A stretch of 64,000 bases of DNA, from contig JBFWMQ010000007.1 of assembly GCA_050251495.1 (NCBI GenBank), positions 8,214 through 72,213 of the forward strand. Reading direction: 5' to 3'. The notes beneath the pieces were generated by a model. It had not been told where the DNA came from and searched no databases. It was given only the letters and a program-made list of their open reading frames with translations. How positions within the stretch are numbered: the first letter of the stretch is position 1; each line of letters opens with the position of its first letter. This stretch comes from Desulfovibrio sp. (GTDB lineage Bacteria > Desulfobacterota > Desulfovibrionia > Desulfovibrionales > Desulfovibrionaceae). Shown one piece after another: positions 1 through 9,377 of the stretch. Position numbers and translations under genes: made by a program.

Positions 1-24
1 CTGCTTCATGGTAACGTAAGCCAT
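1..24 (-). CDS. rpsB: 30S ribosomal protein S2, 5' end only (continues beyond the window start)
   Basis: Reverse complement of 1-24 reads ATG GCT TAC GTT ACC ATG AAG CAG = MAYVTMKQ, the typical deltaproteobacterial S2 N-terminus. A GGAGG RBS lies just upstream, followed by an rpsB-type leader. Only 8 codons are visible. Confidence 0.8.
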
Positions 25-112
25 AAGTCCTCCTGGGTTGTACCTCCGCCCCGGCGTTTGGCCGTCCCCGGAACGTCCGGGGCACCCAGTGAAAAAACCG
101 GGGCGTGTGATT
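25..112 (-). promoter_or_regulatory. rpsB 5' leader (t44 / S2 autoregulatory RNA-like)
   Basis: Minus strand reads CACACGCCCCGG...GGGTGCCCCGGACGTTCCGGGGACGGCCAAACGCCGGGGCGGAGGTACAACCC. This resembles the conserved rpsB leader (CACAC...GGGTGCC...GGAGG-ATAACCC); there is an internal CCCCGG/CCGGGG hairpin at 66-82. Confidence 0.65.
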
Positions 113-254
113 TGTGAAACGGGTGTTTTTACGTCGAACGCCCGCGCTTGGCAAGGGGAAAAAGCACTCCCAGGCAAGACGGTGCGACCCGTTCCGGTGA
201 GGCGAAAAAACATCGAACGAATACAGCGACTCGTCGATCATCTCCGACGCAAGG

Positions 255-1031
255 CTACTGCACGGAGGCCGAATCGCGGTGGCACTCGCTGATGACGGGG
301 TTGAGCAGAAAGCCCACCTGGTCGATCTCCACGCTGACCTCGTCGCCATGCCGCAACGGGCCGATGCCCGCCGGGGTGCCGGTCAGGATCACGTCGCCGG
401 GCAGCAGGGTCATGACGCGGGAGATGAAGCTGATGAGCCGCGCGGGCGAAAAGATCATGTCCGCCGTGTTGCCCTGCTGCCGCAACTCGCCGTTGACCAC
501 CGTGCGCAGGGCCAGGGCGCGCTCGTCGGGCACCTGGGTCTCGATCCACGGCCCAACGGGGCAGAAGGTGTCGAAGCTCTTGGCCCGGGTCCACTGGCCG
601 TCCTTCTGCTGGAGATCGCGCGCGGTGACGTCGTTGGCGCAGGTGTACCCAAACAGGTGGTTTGGGGCGTCGGCCTCGGAGACATGGCGCGCCGTCCTGC
701 CCATGACCAGGGCCAGCTCGGCCTCGTAGTCCACGCGCTCGGAGTCGGCGGGCATGACGATGGCGTCGCCCGGCCCGATGACCGAGCTGGGCGGCTTCAA
801 GAAGAGCACCGGCTCCTCGGGCGCTGGCATGTCCAGCTCGTTGGCGTGGCCCAGGTAGTTCAAGCCCACGCAGACGATCTTGCTGGGCCGCACCAGGGGC
901 AGAAGCTCCACCTCGGCCAGGGGAATCTCATCGGGCAGATTCTCCTCGTTGTTCAGGCAGCGCACGCTCTCCGGGCTGGTGATGGCCGCGTAGAAGGACC
1001 GGTCGCGATAGCGGACGCGTATGATGCGCAT
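255..1031 (-). CDS. Fumarylacetoacetate hydrolase family protein
   Basis: Motifs [60 protein letters not shown]. Start moved to MRIIRVRY (1031). Confidence 0.92.
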   Translation of the reverse strand: MRIIRVRYRDRSFYAAITSPESVRCLNNEENLPDEIPLAEVELLPLVRPSKIVCVGLNYLGHANELDMPAPEEPVLFLKPPSSVIGPGDAIVMPADSERVDYEAELALVMGRTARHVSEADAPNHLFGYTCANDVTARDLQQKDGQWTRAKSFDTFCPVGPWIETQVPDERALALRTVVNGELRQQGNTADMIFSPARLISFISRVMTLLPGDVILTGTPAGIGPLRHGDEVSVEIDQVGFLLNPVISECHRDSASVQ

Positions 1032-1038
1032 TCCCGGC

Positions 1039-1428
1039 CTACACGCCCTTCGCCGTCTTGCGGCGGTCATAGGCGATGTGGATGATGCCCAGCAGCTCGT
1101 CCATGGGATAGGGCTTGAGCAGATAGTCCGATCCGCCGTGGGTGATCATCTCCGCGGCGATGTCCACAGAGGCGTGGCCGGTCAGGATGATGACCTCGAT
1201 GTCCGGGTCGATCTTCTTGATCTCCGGCAGGGTCTGCTGCCCGCTCATGCCCGGCATCTTCACGTCCAGCAGCACGATGTCGTGCGGCTCGCGCCTGAGG
1301 ATCTCCAGCGCGCTGGCCCCGCCGTCCGCGAGGCTCACGGTCATCCCGTGGGCGGTGAGCAGTTTGCCCAGGGTGTTGCGGAAGCGCTCCTCGTCATCCA
1401 CCACCAGCACCTTAATAACCTCAGCCAT
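1039..1428 (-). CDS. Single-domain response regulator (receiver only)
   Basis: [15 protein letters not shown] (phospho-Asp), ILTGH and YLLKP motifs; 129 aa with no output domain. Confidence 0.9.
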   Translation of the reverse strand: MAEVIKVLVVDDEERFRNTLGKLLTAHGMTVSLADGGASALEILRREPHDIVLLDVKMPGMSGQQTLPEIKKIDPDIEVIILTGHASVDIAAEMITHGGSDYLLKPYPMDELLGIIHIAYDRRKTAKGV

Positions 1429-1598
1429 GCTGCGCGCTCCTTGTCAGTCGTTGCGGACGGGGGCTGAGACACGGGGGCCGCGCCCGCCACGGTCCAATCC
1501 ATGCCACATCGCCAGGGCTTCGTCGAGAGGGGGGGCGAATGAATGCGAAGCCGCCGACAGCTCGAACCAGCAAGAAACATGAGAATAAGCCTGTCGGA

Positions 1599-3578
1599 TC
1601 AGGCCGACGCGCCAGACTTGGCCAACGGCACGCTGATGCTGAACACCGCGCCCTGGCCCGGCGCGCTGGCCACATGGATGGTGCCGCCCATGGTCTGGGT
1701 GACGAGGTTGTACACGATGGAGAGTCCGAGCCCGCTGCCGCCCTTTTGCCGATAGGTGGTGAAGAAGGGCTCGAAGATCAGGTTCAGATGCTCGGGCGCG
1801 ATGCCCTTGCCGTTGTCGCCGAAGATGAAGCGCAGGCGCCCCGGTTCCAGCGTGGCGGTGATGGTGATGCATCCGGCCTGGCCCGGGTCGAAGGCGTGCT
1901 GCAGCACGTTCAGCACCAGGTTGGTCACGATCTGGGACCAGACGCCGGGGTAGGAGTCGATTTCCAGTTCCGGGTCGCACTCGATCTTCACCTCGATGGG
2001 CGCCTTCTTGAGGTAGTTCCGCAAGGACAAAAGCACCTGCTCCAGGTAGGCCCGGAGGTGGAACACGCGCCGCTCCTCGGTGGAGCGGTCCACCGCCACC
2101 TGCTTGAAGCTGCGGATGAGGTCCGAGGCACGCCGCAGGTTGGTCAGGATCATGTGCGCGGACTCGTCGCACACGCCCAGATACTCCTCCAGGCTGGCGC
2201 GCTTGAGCGCCCCGCCGCGGAACTCCTCAAGCATGGCCTTTGTCCTGTCCTCCAGGTGCGAGGCGGCGGTGACGCCGATGCCCACCGGGGTGTTGATCTC
2301 GTGCGCCACCCCGGCCACCAGCCCGCCGAGCGAGGCCATCTTCTCCGACTGGATGAGCTGCGCCTGCGCCTGGGACAAGCGCTCCATGGCCAGGGTCAGC
2401 TCCTTGTTGGCCTGCCCAAGCTCACGGGTGCGCTTCTCCACCCGCGCCTCCAGGAACTCGTTCAGCTCGCACACCTCGTTCTCGTAGCTGTCGCGTTCCT
2501 GCTCGCGCGCCTGCAAGGCCTTGGCCATGGAGTCGAAGGCCCGGCCAAGGCGGCCAAGCTCATCGGCGCCCTCCGCCAGTCCGGAGCGCGCCCCCAGATC
2601 CCCGGCCTCCAGGCGCGCGGCGGCGGCAAGCAACGCCTTGAGCTTGCGCACCACGGCCACCTCGCCCAGCGCCCAGGCCGAGGCCATGAACAGCGCCGCG
2701 GCCAGGCCGAGCAGCAGGAGGTTGCGCCGCACCACGCCGCGCGCCTTGGCCAGGGCCTCGTCCACGGGAATGCCCAGGCGGATCATCAGGTAGGGGAACG
2801 GAGCGCCCTCGAAGTGCAGGCGCTTGTAGGCATACAGTCGCGACATGCCGTCCACCCCGGTCTCGTGGAACGCGCCCTCGTCGCCGGGGCCGGTCATCCG
2901 CTCAAGCATCCTGGGCAGGTCGGGCACCCAGGTGTACTTGTCCGTTTCCGGGAAACGCGTCAGGCGCATGCCCTTGGCGTCGGTGAGGGTGAACACCGAG
3001 CCCTTGGGCAGCCCGGCCTCGACAAAGAGGCTGCCGAAGTGCTGGAGGTCGAAGGCCGCCAGGAGCACGCCCCGGCCCTCGGCGCGGCCATTGGAGACCG
3101 GCTGGGCGAAATGCAGCACCACATGTCTGGTGGGCCGCAGGTAGACATAGTCTCCGGTGACGAAGTCGCCCGTGGCCAGGGCGGCCTTGAAATAGGGGGC
3201 CTTCGCAAGGGCGGCGCCCTCTTCCGGAAGCGGCTGGACCGGAGCCCGCGCCAGGATAGCGCCGCGCTCGTCGGCCAGGGCCAGGCTGACATACACGGGG
3301 TTGCGCTGCTGGATGTCCCGCAGAAGCTCCTGGCTGGCCCCGGGGTCAAGGCTCCTGATTTCCGAGGTCTTGGCCAGGGTGGCCAAGAGCAGGCGGGCGG
3401 TCTCCACAACGCGCTCGTGGTGGGCAGCCATGTTCTGCACCTGGCGCAGGGCCGCGCTTTCTGCGCTTCGGACCACGCTCTCTTCAAGCTCGCGGCCGGT
3501 GAAGAGCATGATGCCCAGGGCGGGCAGGGCCGCCGCGAGCATGAGCGCGAGCAAACGGGTGCGGATGGAGATGGTCAT
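1599..3578 (-). CDS. Sensor histidine kinase (Cache-type periplasmic domain, HAMP, HisKA, HATPase)
   Basis: Two TM segments, a HAMP-like DELGRLGRAFDSM, H-box LVAGVAHEINTPVG, N box NLVLN, and DNGKGI / FEPFFTT / GSGLGL. Start at MTISIRTRLL. Confidence 0.92.
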   Translation of the reverse strand: MTISIRTRLLALMLAAALPALGIMLFTGRELEESVVRSAESAALRQVQNMAAHHERVVETARLLLATLAKTSEIRSLDPGASQELLRDIQQRNPVYVSLALADERGAILARAPVQPLPEEGAALAKAPYFKAALATGDFVTGDYVYLRPTRHVVLHFAQPVSNGRAEGRGVLLAAFDLQHFGSLFVEAGLPKGSVFTLTDAKGMRLTRFPETDKYTWVPDLPRMLERMTGPGDEGAFHETGVDGMSRLYAYKRLHFEGAPFPYLMIRLGIPVDEALAKARGVVRRNLLLLGLAAALFMASAWALGEVAVVRKLKALLAAAARLEAGDLGARSGLAEGADELGRLGRAFDSMAKALQAREQERDSYENEVCELNEFLEARVEKRTRELGQANKELTLAMERLSQAQAQLIQSEKMASLGGLVAGVAHEINTPVGIGVTAASHLEDRTKAMLEEFRGGALKRASLEEYLGVCDESAHMILTNLRRASDLIRSFKQVAVDRSTEERRVFHLRAYLEQVLLSLRNYLKKAPIEVKIECDPELEIDSYPGVWSQIVTNLVLNVLQHAFDPGQAGCITITATLEPGRLRFIFGDNGKGIAPEHLNLIFEPFFTTYRQKGGSGLGLSIVYNLVTQTMGGTIHVASAPGQGAVFSISVPLAKSGASA

Positions 3579-3699
3579 GGAGATCACCGCCTTGGACGTT
3601 GCGGTCCGGGGCTGACTCGCCTTTTCCCACGCTTGATGTGTACCGCTTTTCATTTATCGCAGTCAAGAAATGCCTGAACCAATCAGGCCTGGCACCTGG

Positions 3700-3747
3700 A
3701 AGGGCACACGGAAGAGCGCACGAAAGGACACGCGAGAGGGCACGAGG
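3700..3747. repeat. Four imperfect 12-bp tandem repeats in the cbiK-kinase intergenic region
   Basis: AAGGGCACACGG / AAGAGCGCACGA / AAGGACACGCGA / GAGGGCACGAGG with exact 12-nt periodicity. Confidence 0.5.
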
Positions 3748-3870
3748 CAGGGCGGGACCGGACAGGGGCGGCGGGATGAAAGATGACGCGCCAAAGCGGG
3801 AAGCGCACGACGGCCCAGGCCAAGGCCTGAAGGCGGGGAAGGCCCGCGCGCGGAACAGGGAAACGTGGCC

Positions 3871-4671
3871 CTACGCCCTGAGCCGCTCCACGGCCTCGCG
3901 CAGGTGGTCGAGCCAGATGTCCGCCAGGGCCGGATGCTCGCCAGCGCCCTTGAGGTGCGTCTCGCAGGCGAAGCCCGCGCGGGCCAGCCCGGCGCGCCAG
4001 GAGTTCTTGCCCTCCCCGGCCATGTCGCGGGTGGCGTGCACCCCGCGCGCGAACAAAAGCGGCATGAGGTGCACCTTGGTCACGTTAAGCGCCCGCAGCT
4101 CGTCCACCTTGGCGGCCAGGCCGGGCTCGGCCTCCAGCGCGCCGATGAGCACCAGCGGATCCAGGGCGCGCAGCTCATCGGCCAGATCCTGATACACGCC
4201 ATTGGCGCGGCCGCGCGTGCCGTGCCCCATGAGCAGCACGGCCTGGCCCGGCAGACGGGAGGGCGGCAAGACCGTGAGCAGCGTCTGGGCCACCCGGCGC
4301 ACGTCCTCGGCGTTCCCCAAAAGCGGCCGCCCGAGCTCGATGCGCTCAAAACCCTGCGCGCCGCCCGTGAGCCCGGCCACCACGCGCTCCAGGCTCTTGT
4401 ACTCGTCGCCGGGGATGACATGCAGGGACTGCACGGCCAGCCGCGTGACCCCCTCGCGCGCAAGCCCCTTGAGGATGTCCTCGGGCGACTGGCCCTGGCG
4501 GGTGTGCGCGCCCTTGTGGCGGCGCACAGTGCCGGAGGTCAGCGCCGTCTCCACGCGATAGTCCGGGTACAGTTCGATGGCGCGGGCGCGGATGGCGTCG
4601 AGGGAGGCCTCGGCCCCGGGCAGACGCGAGCCGAAGGCGGCAAGCAGGATGGCGTTCTGTGTTTCAGGCAT
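3871..4671 (-). CDS. cbiK: Sirohydrochlorin cobaltochelatase, cytoplasmic type (no signal peptide)
   Basis: AILLAAFGS, VQSLHVIPGDEY, LLMGHG (His ligand), LMPLLFARGVHATRDMAG and GAGEHP motifs. Start moved to MPETQ (4671). Confidence 0.85.
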   Translation of the reverse strand: MPETQNAILLAAFGSRLPGAEASLDAIRARAIELYPDYRVETALTSGTVRRHKGAHTRQGQSPEDILKGLAREGVTRLAVQSLHVIPGDEYKSLERVVAGLTGGAQGFERIELGRPLLGNAEDVRRVAQTLLTVLPPSRLPGQAVLLMGHGTRGRANGVYQDLADELRALDPLVLIGALEAEPGLAAKVDELRALNVTKVHLMPLLFARGVHATRDMAGEGKNSWRAGLARAGFACETHLKGAGEHPALADIWLDHLREAVERLRA

Positions 4672-4772
4672 GCGGGCGAGAATGTAGCGCAGAACAGAAC
4701 GGCCCGAAAGGGATTTCTGGCCCGGCGCAAACGCCGGGGAAAGGCGATGGGGACATGAAGCGGATACGCCGC

Positions 4773-4928
4773 CTAGGGGCTGTTTCCAAAAGATGGATCT
4801 TGTTCCCTGGCGAGGAAGGGGGCGACTGGAGGCCAGGGATGGTACTCTCTTTACGGTACAGCCCTGGACCCCAGTCGCCTCGTGACGAAGTCCAGGGGGC
4901 AAAAGACACTCTTAGAAACAGCCCCTAG
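4773..4928. mobile_element. MITE-like 156-bp palindromic element with terminal inverted repeats
   Basis: Perfect 14-bp inverted ends CTAGGGGCTGTTTC ... GAAACAGCCCCTAG. Nested internal arms TCTTGTTCCCTGG/CCAGGGGGCAAAAGA, GGCGACTGG/CCAGTCGCC, CCAGGG/CCCTGG and GTAC/GTAC. No coding capacity; the right CTAG contains the polA stop codon. Confidence 0.7.
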
Positions 4929-7867
4929 TGGGCCTCGGCCCAGTTCCTGCCCTGGCCCACGTCCACCTTGAGGGGCACCGCCAGGGAGACCACGCCCTGC
5001 ATCAGGCGCGAAAGCTCCGCCGCCGCCGCCGGGGCGTTCGCCTCGGGCACTTCCAAGAGCAGTTCGTCATGCACCTGCAAGATCAGCTTGGCGTTCAGCC
5101 GCGCCAACTCCGGGCTGTTATAAACGCGCAGCATGGCCAGCTTGATGACGTCCGCCGCGCTGCCCTGAATGACCGTGTTCACGGCCTGCCTGCGCGCCTG
5201 GGCCTGCACCTGCTGGTTGCGCGAGAACAGCTCCGGCAAGAGCCTCCGGCGGCCAGCCAGCGTGGTCACGTAGCCGCGCGAAAGCGCCTCCTGCACCAGG
5301 CCCTCGTAGAAGTCCTTGAGCGTGCCCAGCTTCTCGAAGTAGCGGGCGATGAACTCCTTGGCCTGGTTGGTGGTGATGCCAAGCTCGCGCGCCAGCTTCT
5401 GCGGCCCCATGCCGTAGATCAGGCCGAAGTTGATGGTCTTGGCCCCGCGCCGCTCGTCCGGGGTGATGTCGCCCGCGTCCTTTTCGAACAGGAGCGCAGC
5501 GGTGCGGCTGTGGATGTCCTCGTCCTTCTGGAAGGCGTCCAGCAGGGCCGGGTCTTTGGAGAAGTGCGCCAGTACGCGCAGCTCCACCTGGGAGTAGTCC
5601 GCCCCCACGAAGAGCATTCCCGGCGAGGCCACGAAGCAGGCCCGCATGCGCGCGCCCTGCGGTCCCCGGATGGGGATGTTCTGCAAATTCGGACCGGAGC
5701 TGGAGAGCCGCCCGGTGGCCGTGGCCAGCTGGTTGAAGCGCGTGTGCAGACGGCCCGAGGCGTCCGCCAGGCGCGGCATGGGCTCCAGGTAGGTGGAGCG
5801 CAGCTTCTCCGCCACGCGGAAGGCCAGGATCGCCTCGATGATCGGGTGCTGCCCGGACAGCTTCTCCAGGGCGTCGCTGCCGGTGGAGAGCGCGCCGCCC
5901 GGGGTCTTGCCCGCGGGCTTGAGGCCCAGCTTCTTGAACAGCACCTCGGCCAGCTGCTGGCTGGAGCGCACGTTCAGCGGCGCGCCCGCCAGTTCCTGGA
6001 TGCGCTTGCCGTGCAACTCCACCTCGGCGCTCACCTCGTCCAGAAAACTCCTGAACGCGGCGAAGTCGATGCGCACGCCCCGGCGCTCCATGGCGGCCAG
6101 CACCGGGATGAGCGGGGTCTCCAGGTCGCGCATGAGGTCCAGCAGCCCGGCGTCCTTCAAGCGCCGCGAGAGCACGCGCAGGCAGGCCAGCGCCGCCAGG
6201 GCCTGGGCATCCGGGTGCGGCGCCGGCTCATCGGACGGCGGGCTCTCAAGGGCCGCGTCCTCCGGGTCGGCGAAGGGGTCTGGCGCGATGAACAGGGCCG
6301 AGCGCAGGCGCTCGAAGGAATAGTTGCGGTCCTCCGGGTTCAGCAGGTACGCGGCCAGGCCCAGGTCAAACCAGGCCGCCAGCGGCACCGTGCCCCAGGC
6401 CGGGCTGCGGCGCAGCAGATCCTGCAGGCTGGGAACGGCGATCTGCGCAGCTGAAGCCAGCCGTGCCATGAGGGCCTCGTCCGGCCCGGCAAACACCAGC
6501 TCCCCCTCCTCGCCTTCCCCATCCGCAAGCGCGATGCGGAACCCGCCCGCCAGCCCGCCCAGCAGGCCGGGCACGCTCTCGCCGAGCGGCACAAGGCCGA
6601 CGGTGCGGCCCGTGAAGTCCGGCAGGCCCGTGGCGTCGGCCACGTGGCGCAGGGTCAGGGGCGGGACATCTGCGGCGGCGGCAGGGGCGAAGGACAAAAG
6701 CGGCGCGGACGCGGCCTTGGCCTCGCCGGGAGGTGCGGACGCGGCAGGCGCGACAGGGGCGGCGGGCGCGCCGAAGAGCGAGAACTGCGGGGACGCCGCG
6801 GCCTTGGCGGCGGCCTTGGCCTTGGGCTTGGACGCCACCGGCGCGATGAACGAGGCCGTGGCCTCGGACACCGGCGCGGCCGGCGGGGCCAGCGGGGCGT
6901 GCGCGCCCTCCTGCCACGGCGGCGGGCCGCTGTACGAGGCCGAGGCCAGGGGCGCTGCCGCAGCGGCTTGCCCCGGCTGGGGAATCTCGCGCAGCAGGGT
7001 GCGGAACTCGTAGGTACGCAGGAACTCGGCCAGCTTGGCCACGTCCGGCGGCTGAACGGCCAGCGCGTCCAGGGTCAGGTCCGGGCAGCAGCCCGGGCGC
7101 AGGCGCGTGAGTTCGCGGTACAGGAACACGTCGTCCATGCGGCCTTCGAGCTTCTTGCGGAAGCTCTCGGGCAGACGCTTGTCGCCGTTCGCCTCGCCCT
7201 CGCGCAAATCTTCGAGAGTGGGAAAATCGTGGATGACCTTGAGCGCGGTCTTGGGGCCGACGCCCGGCAGGCCGGGGATGTTGTCCGAGCTGTCGCCCAT
7301 GAGGGCCTGCAAGTCCGGCCACTGCGCGGGCTGGATGCCCAGCTCGGCGACAAAGTCGGCCTGGCTGGTGACCTTCTCGTTCTTGCCCGCCGGGTCCCAG
7401 AGGTACACGTTGGGCGTCAGGCACTGCTTCAGGTCCTTGTCCGAGGCCACCAGGATCACCGGGCGCTCGGCCTGGTGGGCCGCGGCCAGGCTGGCGATGC
7501 AGTCGTCGGCCTCAATGCCCTCCGACACGGTGAGCGGCAGGCCGAGCAGCCTCACGGCCTCGCGCAGGGGCTCGATCTGCACGGCGAGGTCCTCGGGCAT
7601 CTTGGGCCGCTGCGCCTTGTAGGGCTCGAACAGCGCATGGCGGAAGTTCGGGCCCTTGCCGTCCATGAAGAAGCCCACGTACCTGGGCCGCTCGTCGCGC
7701 AGAATCCGCAGCAGGATGCGCAGCACGATGAAGATGGCGTTGGTGGGCAGGCCGTCGGAGCGCTTCAGGTCCGGGTAGGCGTAGAAACCCCGGTAGAGAA
7801 AGCTGGTGCCGTCGACGAGGTACAGCGGCTCGGCGTCGCCGAGGTTCAGGCGGGCTTTGAGGGACAT
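4925..7867 (-). CDS. polA: DNA polymerase I
   Basis: 5'-3' exonuclease (LVDGTSFLYRGFYA, EADDCIASLA, GDSSDNIPGLPGVGPKTA) and polymerase motifs (TGRLSSSGPNLQNIP, DYSQVELR, AKTINFGLIYG, QVHDELL). An Ala/Pro-rich insertion separates the domains. Confidence 0.97.
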   Translation of the reverse strand: MSLKARLNLGDAEPLYLVDGTSFLYRGFYAYPDLKRSDGLPTNAIFIVLRILLRILRDERPRYVGFFMDGKGPNFRHALFEPYKAQRPKMPEDLAVQIEPLREAVRLLGLPLTVSEGIEADDCIASLAAAHQAERPVILVASDKDLKQCLTPNVYLWDPAGKNEKVTSQADFVAELGIQPAQWPDLQALMGDSSDNIPGLPGVGPKTALKVIHDFPTLEDLREGEANGDKRLPESFRKKLEGRMDDVFLYRELTRLRPGCCPDLTLDALAVQPPDVAKLAEFLRTYEFRTLLREIPQPGQAAAAAPLASASYSGPPPWQEGAHAPLAPPAAPVSEATASFIAPVASKPKAKAAAKAAASPQFSLFGAPAAPVAPAASAPPGEAKAASAPLLSFAPAAAADVPPLTLRHVADATGLPDFTGRTVGLVPLGESVPGLLGGLAGGFRIALADGEGEEGELVFAGPDEALMARLASAAQIAVPSLQDLLRRSPAWGTVPLAAWFDLGLAAYLLNPEDRNYSFERLRSALFIAPDPFADPEDAALESPPSDEPAPHPDAQALAALACLRVLSRRLKDAGLLDLMRDLETPLIPVLAAMERRGVRIDFAAFRSFLDEVSAEVELHGKRIQELAGAPLNVRSSQQLAEVLFKKLGLKPAGKTPGGALSTGSDALEKLSGQHPIIEAILAFRVAEKLRSTYLEPMPRLADASGRLHTRFNQLATATGRLSSSGPNLQNIPIRGPQGARMRACFVASPGMLFVGADYSQVELRVLAHFSKDPALLDAFQKDEDIHSRTAALLFEKDAGDITPDERRGAKTINFGLIYGMGPQKLARELGITTNQAKEFIARYFEKLGTLKDFYEGLVQEALSRGYVTTLAGRRRLLPELFSRNQQVQAQARRQAVNTVIQGSAADVIKLAMLRVYNSPELARLNAKLILQVHDELLLEVPEANAPAAAAELSRLMQGVVSLAVPLKVDVGQGRNWAEAH

Positions 7868-7870
7868 GGC

Positions 7871-8866
7871 CTAAATCCGCTGGAACCCGGTTGTTTTGCC
7901 GCGCGAGAGCTTCTTGAGCACATACAGCTCCGGGTCCTTGCCGTCCAGGGCGGCCAGGGGAATCTCGGCCCGGCCAGCGCCCTTGTGCCCGCCCGCGGAG
8001 CCGATGTCGCCAAAGAGCGAGGCCGCGAACTTGCCGATGTCCTTGCGGATGCCGTCGCCTCGGAAGATGACCACCAGGGTGTCGCCGCACACGCCGGACA
8101 CCGCGTCCCAGGAGATGGAGTGCACGCGCATGTAGAAGTCGGCCACCACCACCAGGATGTCCGGGCTGTCCACCTTGCCCAGGTGCGCGGTGAGGCCCGT
8201 GCCGATGCGCCGCAGGTTGTAGAACGCGCGGGAGAAGTAGCGCATCCATTCCAGGTGGTATTCGCTGCGCACGATGCGCGTGATGAGCGTGTGGTCCGCG
8301 TACTTGGACAGGTACTTGAAGGCGTTGATGTCCGCGTCGATGAACTTGCGCTGGAAATTCATGGTGTCGGCCTTGATGCCGTACAGAAGCGCGGAGGCCA
8401 GGAGCTTGGGCGGGCGGATCTGCAAACGCTGGAGGTATTCGGTGAGCATGGAGCAGGTGGAGCCGAACTTGGGGCGGATGTCGGTCACCGGGGCGGTGAC
8501 GGGGTTGTCCGGCAGGATGGGATGGTGGTCGATGATCACCGTGTAGTCGAGCTTGGCCATCTCCGGGTGATGGTGCGGCTGGGAGTCCACCAGGGCGAAA
8601 TGGTCATACTGGGCGATGAGGTTCGGGATGAGCTTGCGCGTGGGCACGCGCAGGTAGCGGATCATGGCCAGATTGTCGGGACGCTGGATCTCGTTCACAT
8701 GTCCGATGCCGATATCCAGCACGCGCCGCGAGAGGATGGCCTTGAGCGCCAGGGCCGCCCCCATGGCGTCCGGGTCCGCGTTGATGACGATGAGCCAGCG
8801 CTGGTCCTTGGCGAGCAGGGGCAATAGCGCCTGGACTTTTTCGTCAGTCAGCTTGGATACGCCCAT
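7871..8866 (-). CDS. DHH family phosphoesterase (DHH + DHHA1)
   Basis: NADPDAMGA, LVDS, IIDHH, LLYGIKADT and GSAGGH motifs. Confidence 0.9.
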   Translation of the reverse strand: MGVSKLTDEKVQALLPLLAKDQRWLIVINADPDAMGAALALKAILSRRVLDIGIGHVNEIQRPDNLAMIRYLRVPTRKLIPNLIAQYDHFALVDSQPHHHPEMAKLDYTVIIDHHPILPDNPVTAPVTDIRPKFGSTCSMLTEYLQRLQIRPPKLLASALLYGIKADTMNFQRKFIDADINAFKYLSKYADHTLITRIVRSEYHLEWMRYFSRAFYNLRRIGTGLTAHLGKVDSPDILVVVADFYMRVHSISWDAVSGVCGDTLVVIFRGDGIRKDIGKFAASLFGDIGSAGGHKGAGRAEIPLAALDGKDPELYVLKKLSRGKTTGFQRI

Positions 8867-9377
8867 GGTCCGCCTTTTTGAGCGCCAGGGGCAGACCCGC
8901 CACCACGAGGTACGCCTCGTGGGACAGGGCCGCCACAGCCTGGTTGAGCCGCCCGAGTTTTTTCAGAAACCGCCTGGCCTCGCTTGAGGCAGGCAGGGGC
9001 GAGAAACCGATCTCGCAAGAAACAAGAATGATCCTGGTATCCTGGCAGTCGCAAAGAACCTCGATCAGGGCCTCGTGCAGCTCGGCCTCGCGCCCTTCCT
9101 GGGTGCAGACGTACAGCCAGAAGTCCAGGCTGTCCACCAGCACGGCCTTGTAGTCCTTTCTAGCCTCCTGCAGGGCGCGTGGCAAGTCCCGGCCCACCTC
9201 CACAACTGGCAGGGCGGGGTCGCGCCGCTCGCGGTGGGCCGCGATCTGGCTGCGGAAGGCCATGTCCTTGGCCTTGCCCGTGGCCAGAAACAAGGCCGGG
9301 CCGGGGCAGGCCTCCAAGAGCTTCATGGCGTAGTCCGACTTGCCGGACTTGTTCCCGCCGATGACGAAGGTGATCAC
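8844..9377 (-). CDS. cobU: Bifunctional adenosylcobinamide kinase / adenosylcobinamide-phosphate guanylyltransferase
   Basis: GTG start overlapping the upstream TGA; P-loop-like GGNKSGKS; LATG, RHxxRR-like AHRERR, LVDSLDFW, VSCEIG, R.F...LG.LNQ and VVAGLPL motifs. Confidence 0.88.
   Translation of the reverse strand: MITFVIGGNKSGKSDYAMKLLEACPGPALFLATGKAKDMAFRSQIAAHRERRDPALPVVEVGRDLPRALQEARKDYKAVLVDSLDFWLYVCTQEGREAELHEALIEVLCDCQDTRIILVSCEIGFSPLPASSEARRFLKKLGRLNQAVAALSHEAYLVVAGLPLALKKADHGRIQAD

Noticed and set aside
4672-4772. Cobalamin riboswitch upstream of cbiK (also checked upstream of the cbiR-like gene)
   Set aside because: No B12-box or GGGAA...ACTG...GCCAG-AGACC elements are visible.
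4773-4928. 6S RNA interpretation of the long hairpin
   Set aside because: Perfect terminal inverted repeats with flanking CTAG, and no large central bubble, fit a MITE-like repeat better; not fully excluded without a covariance-model search.
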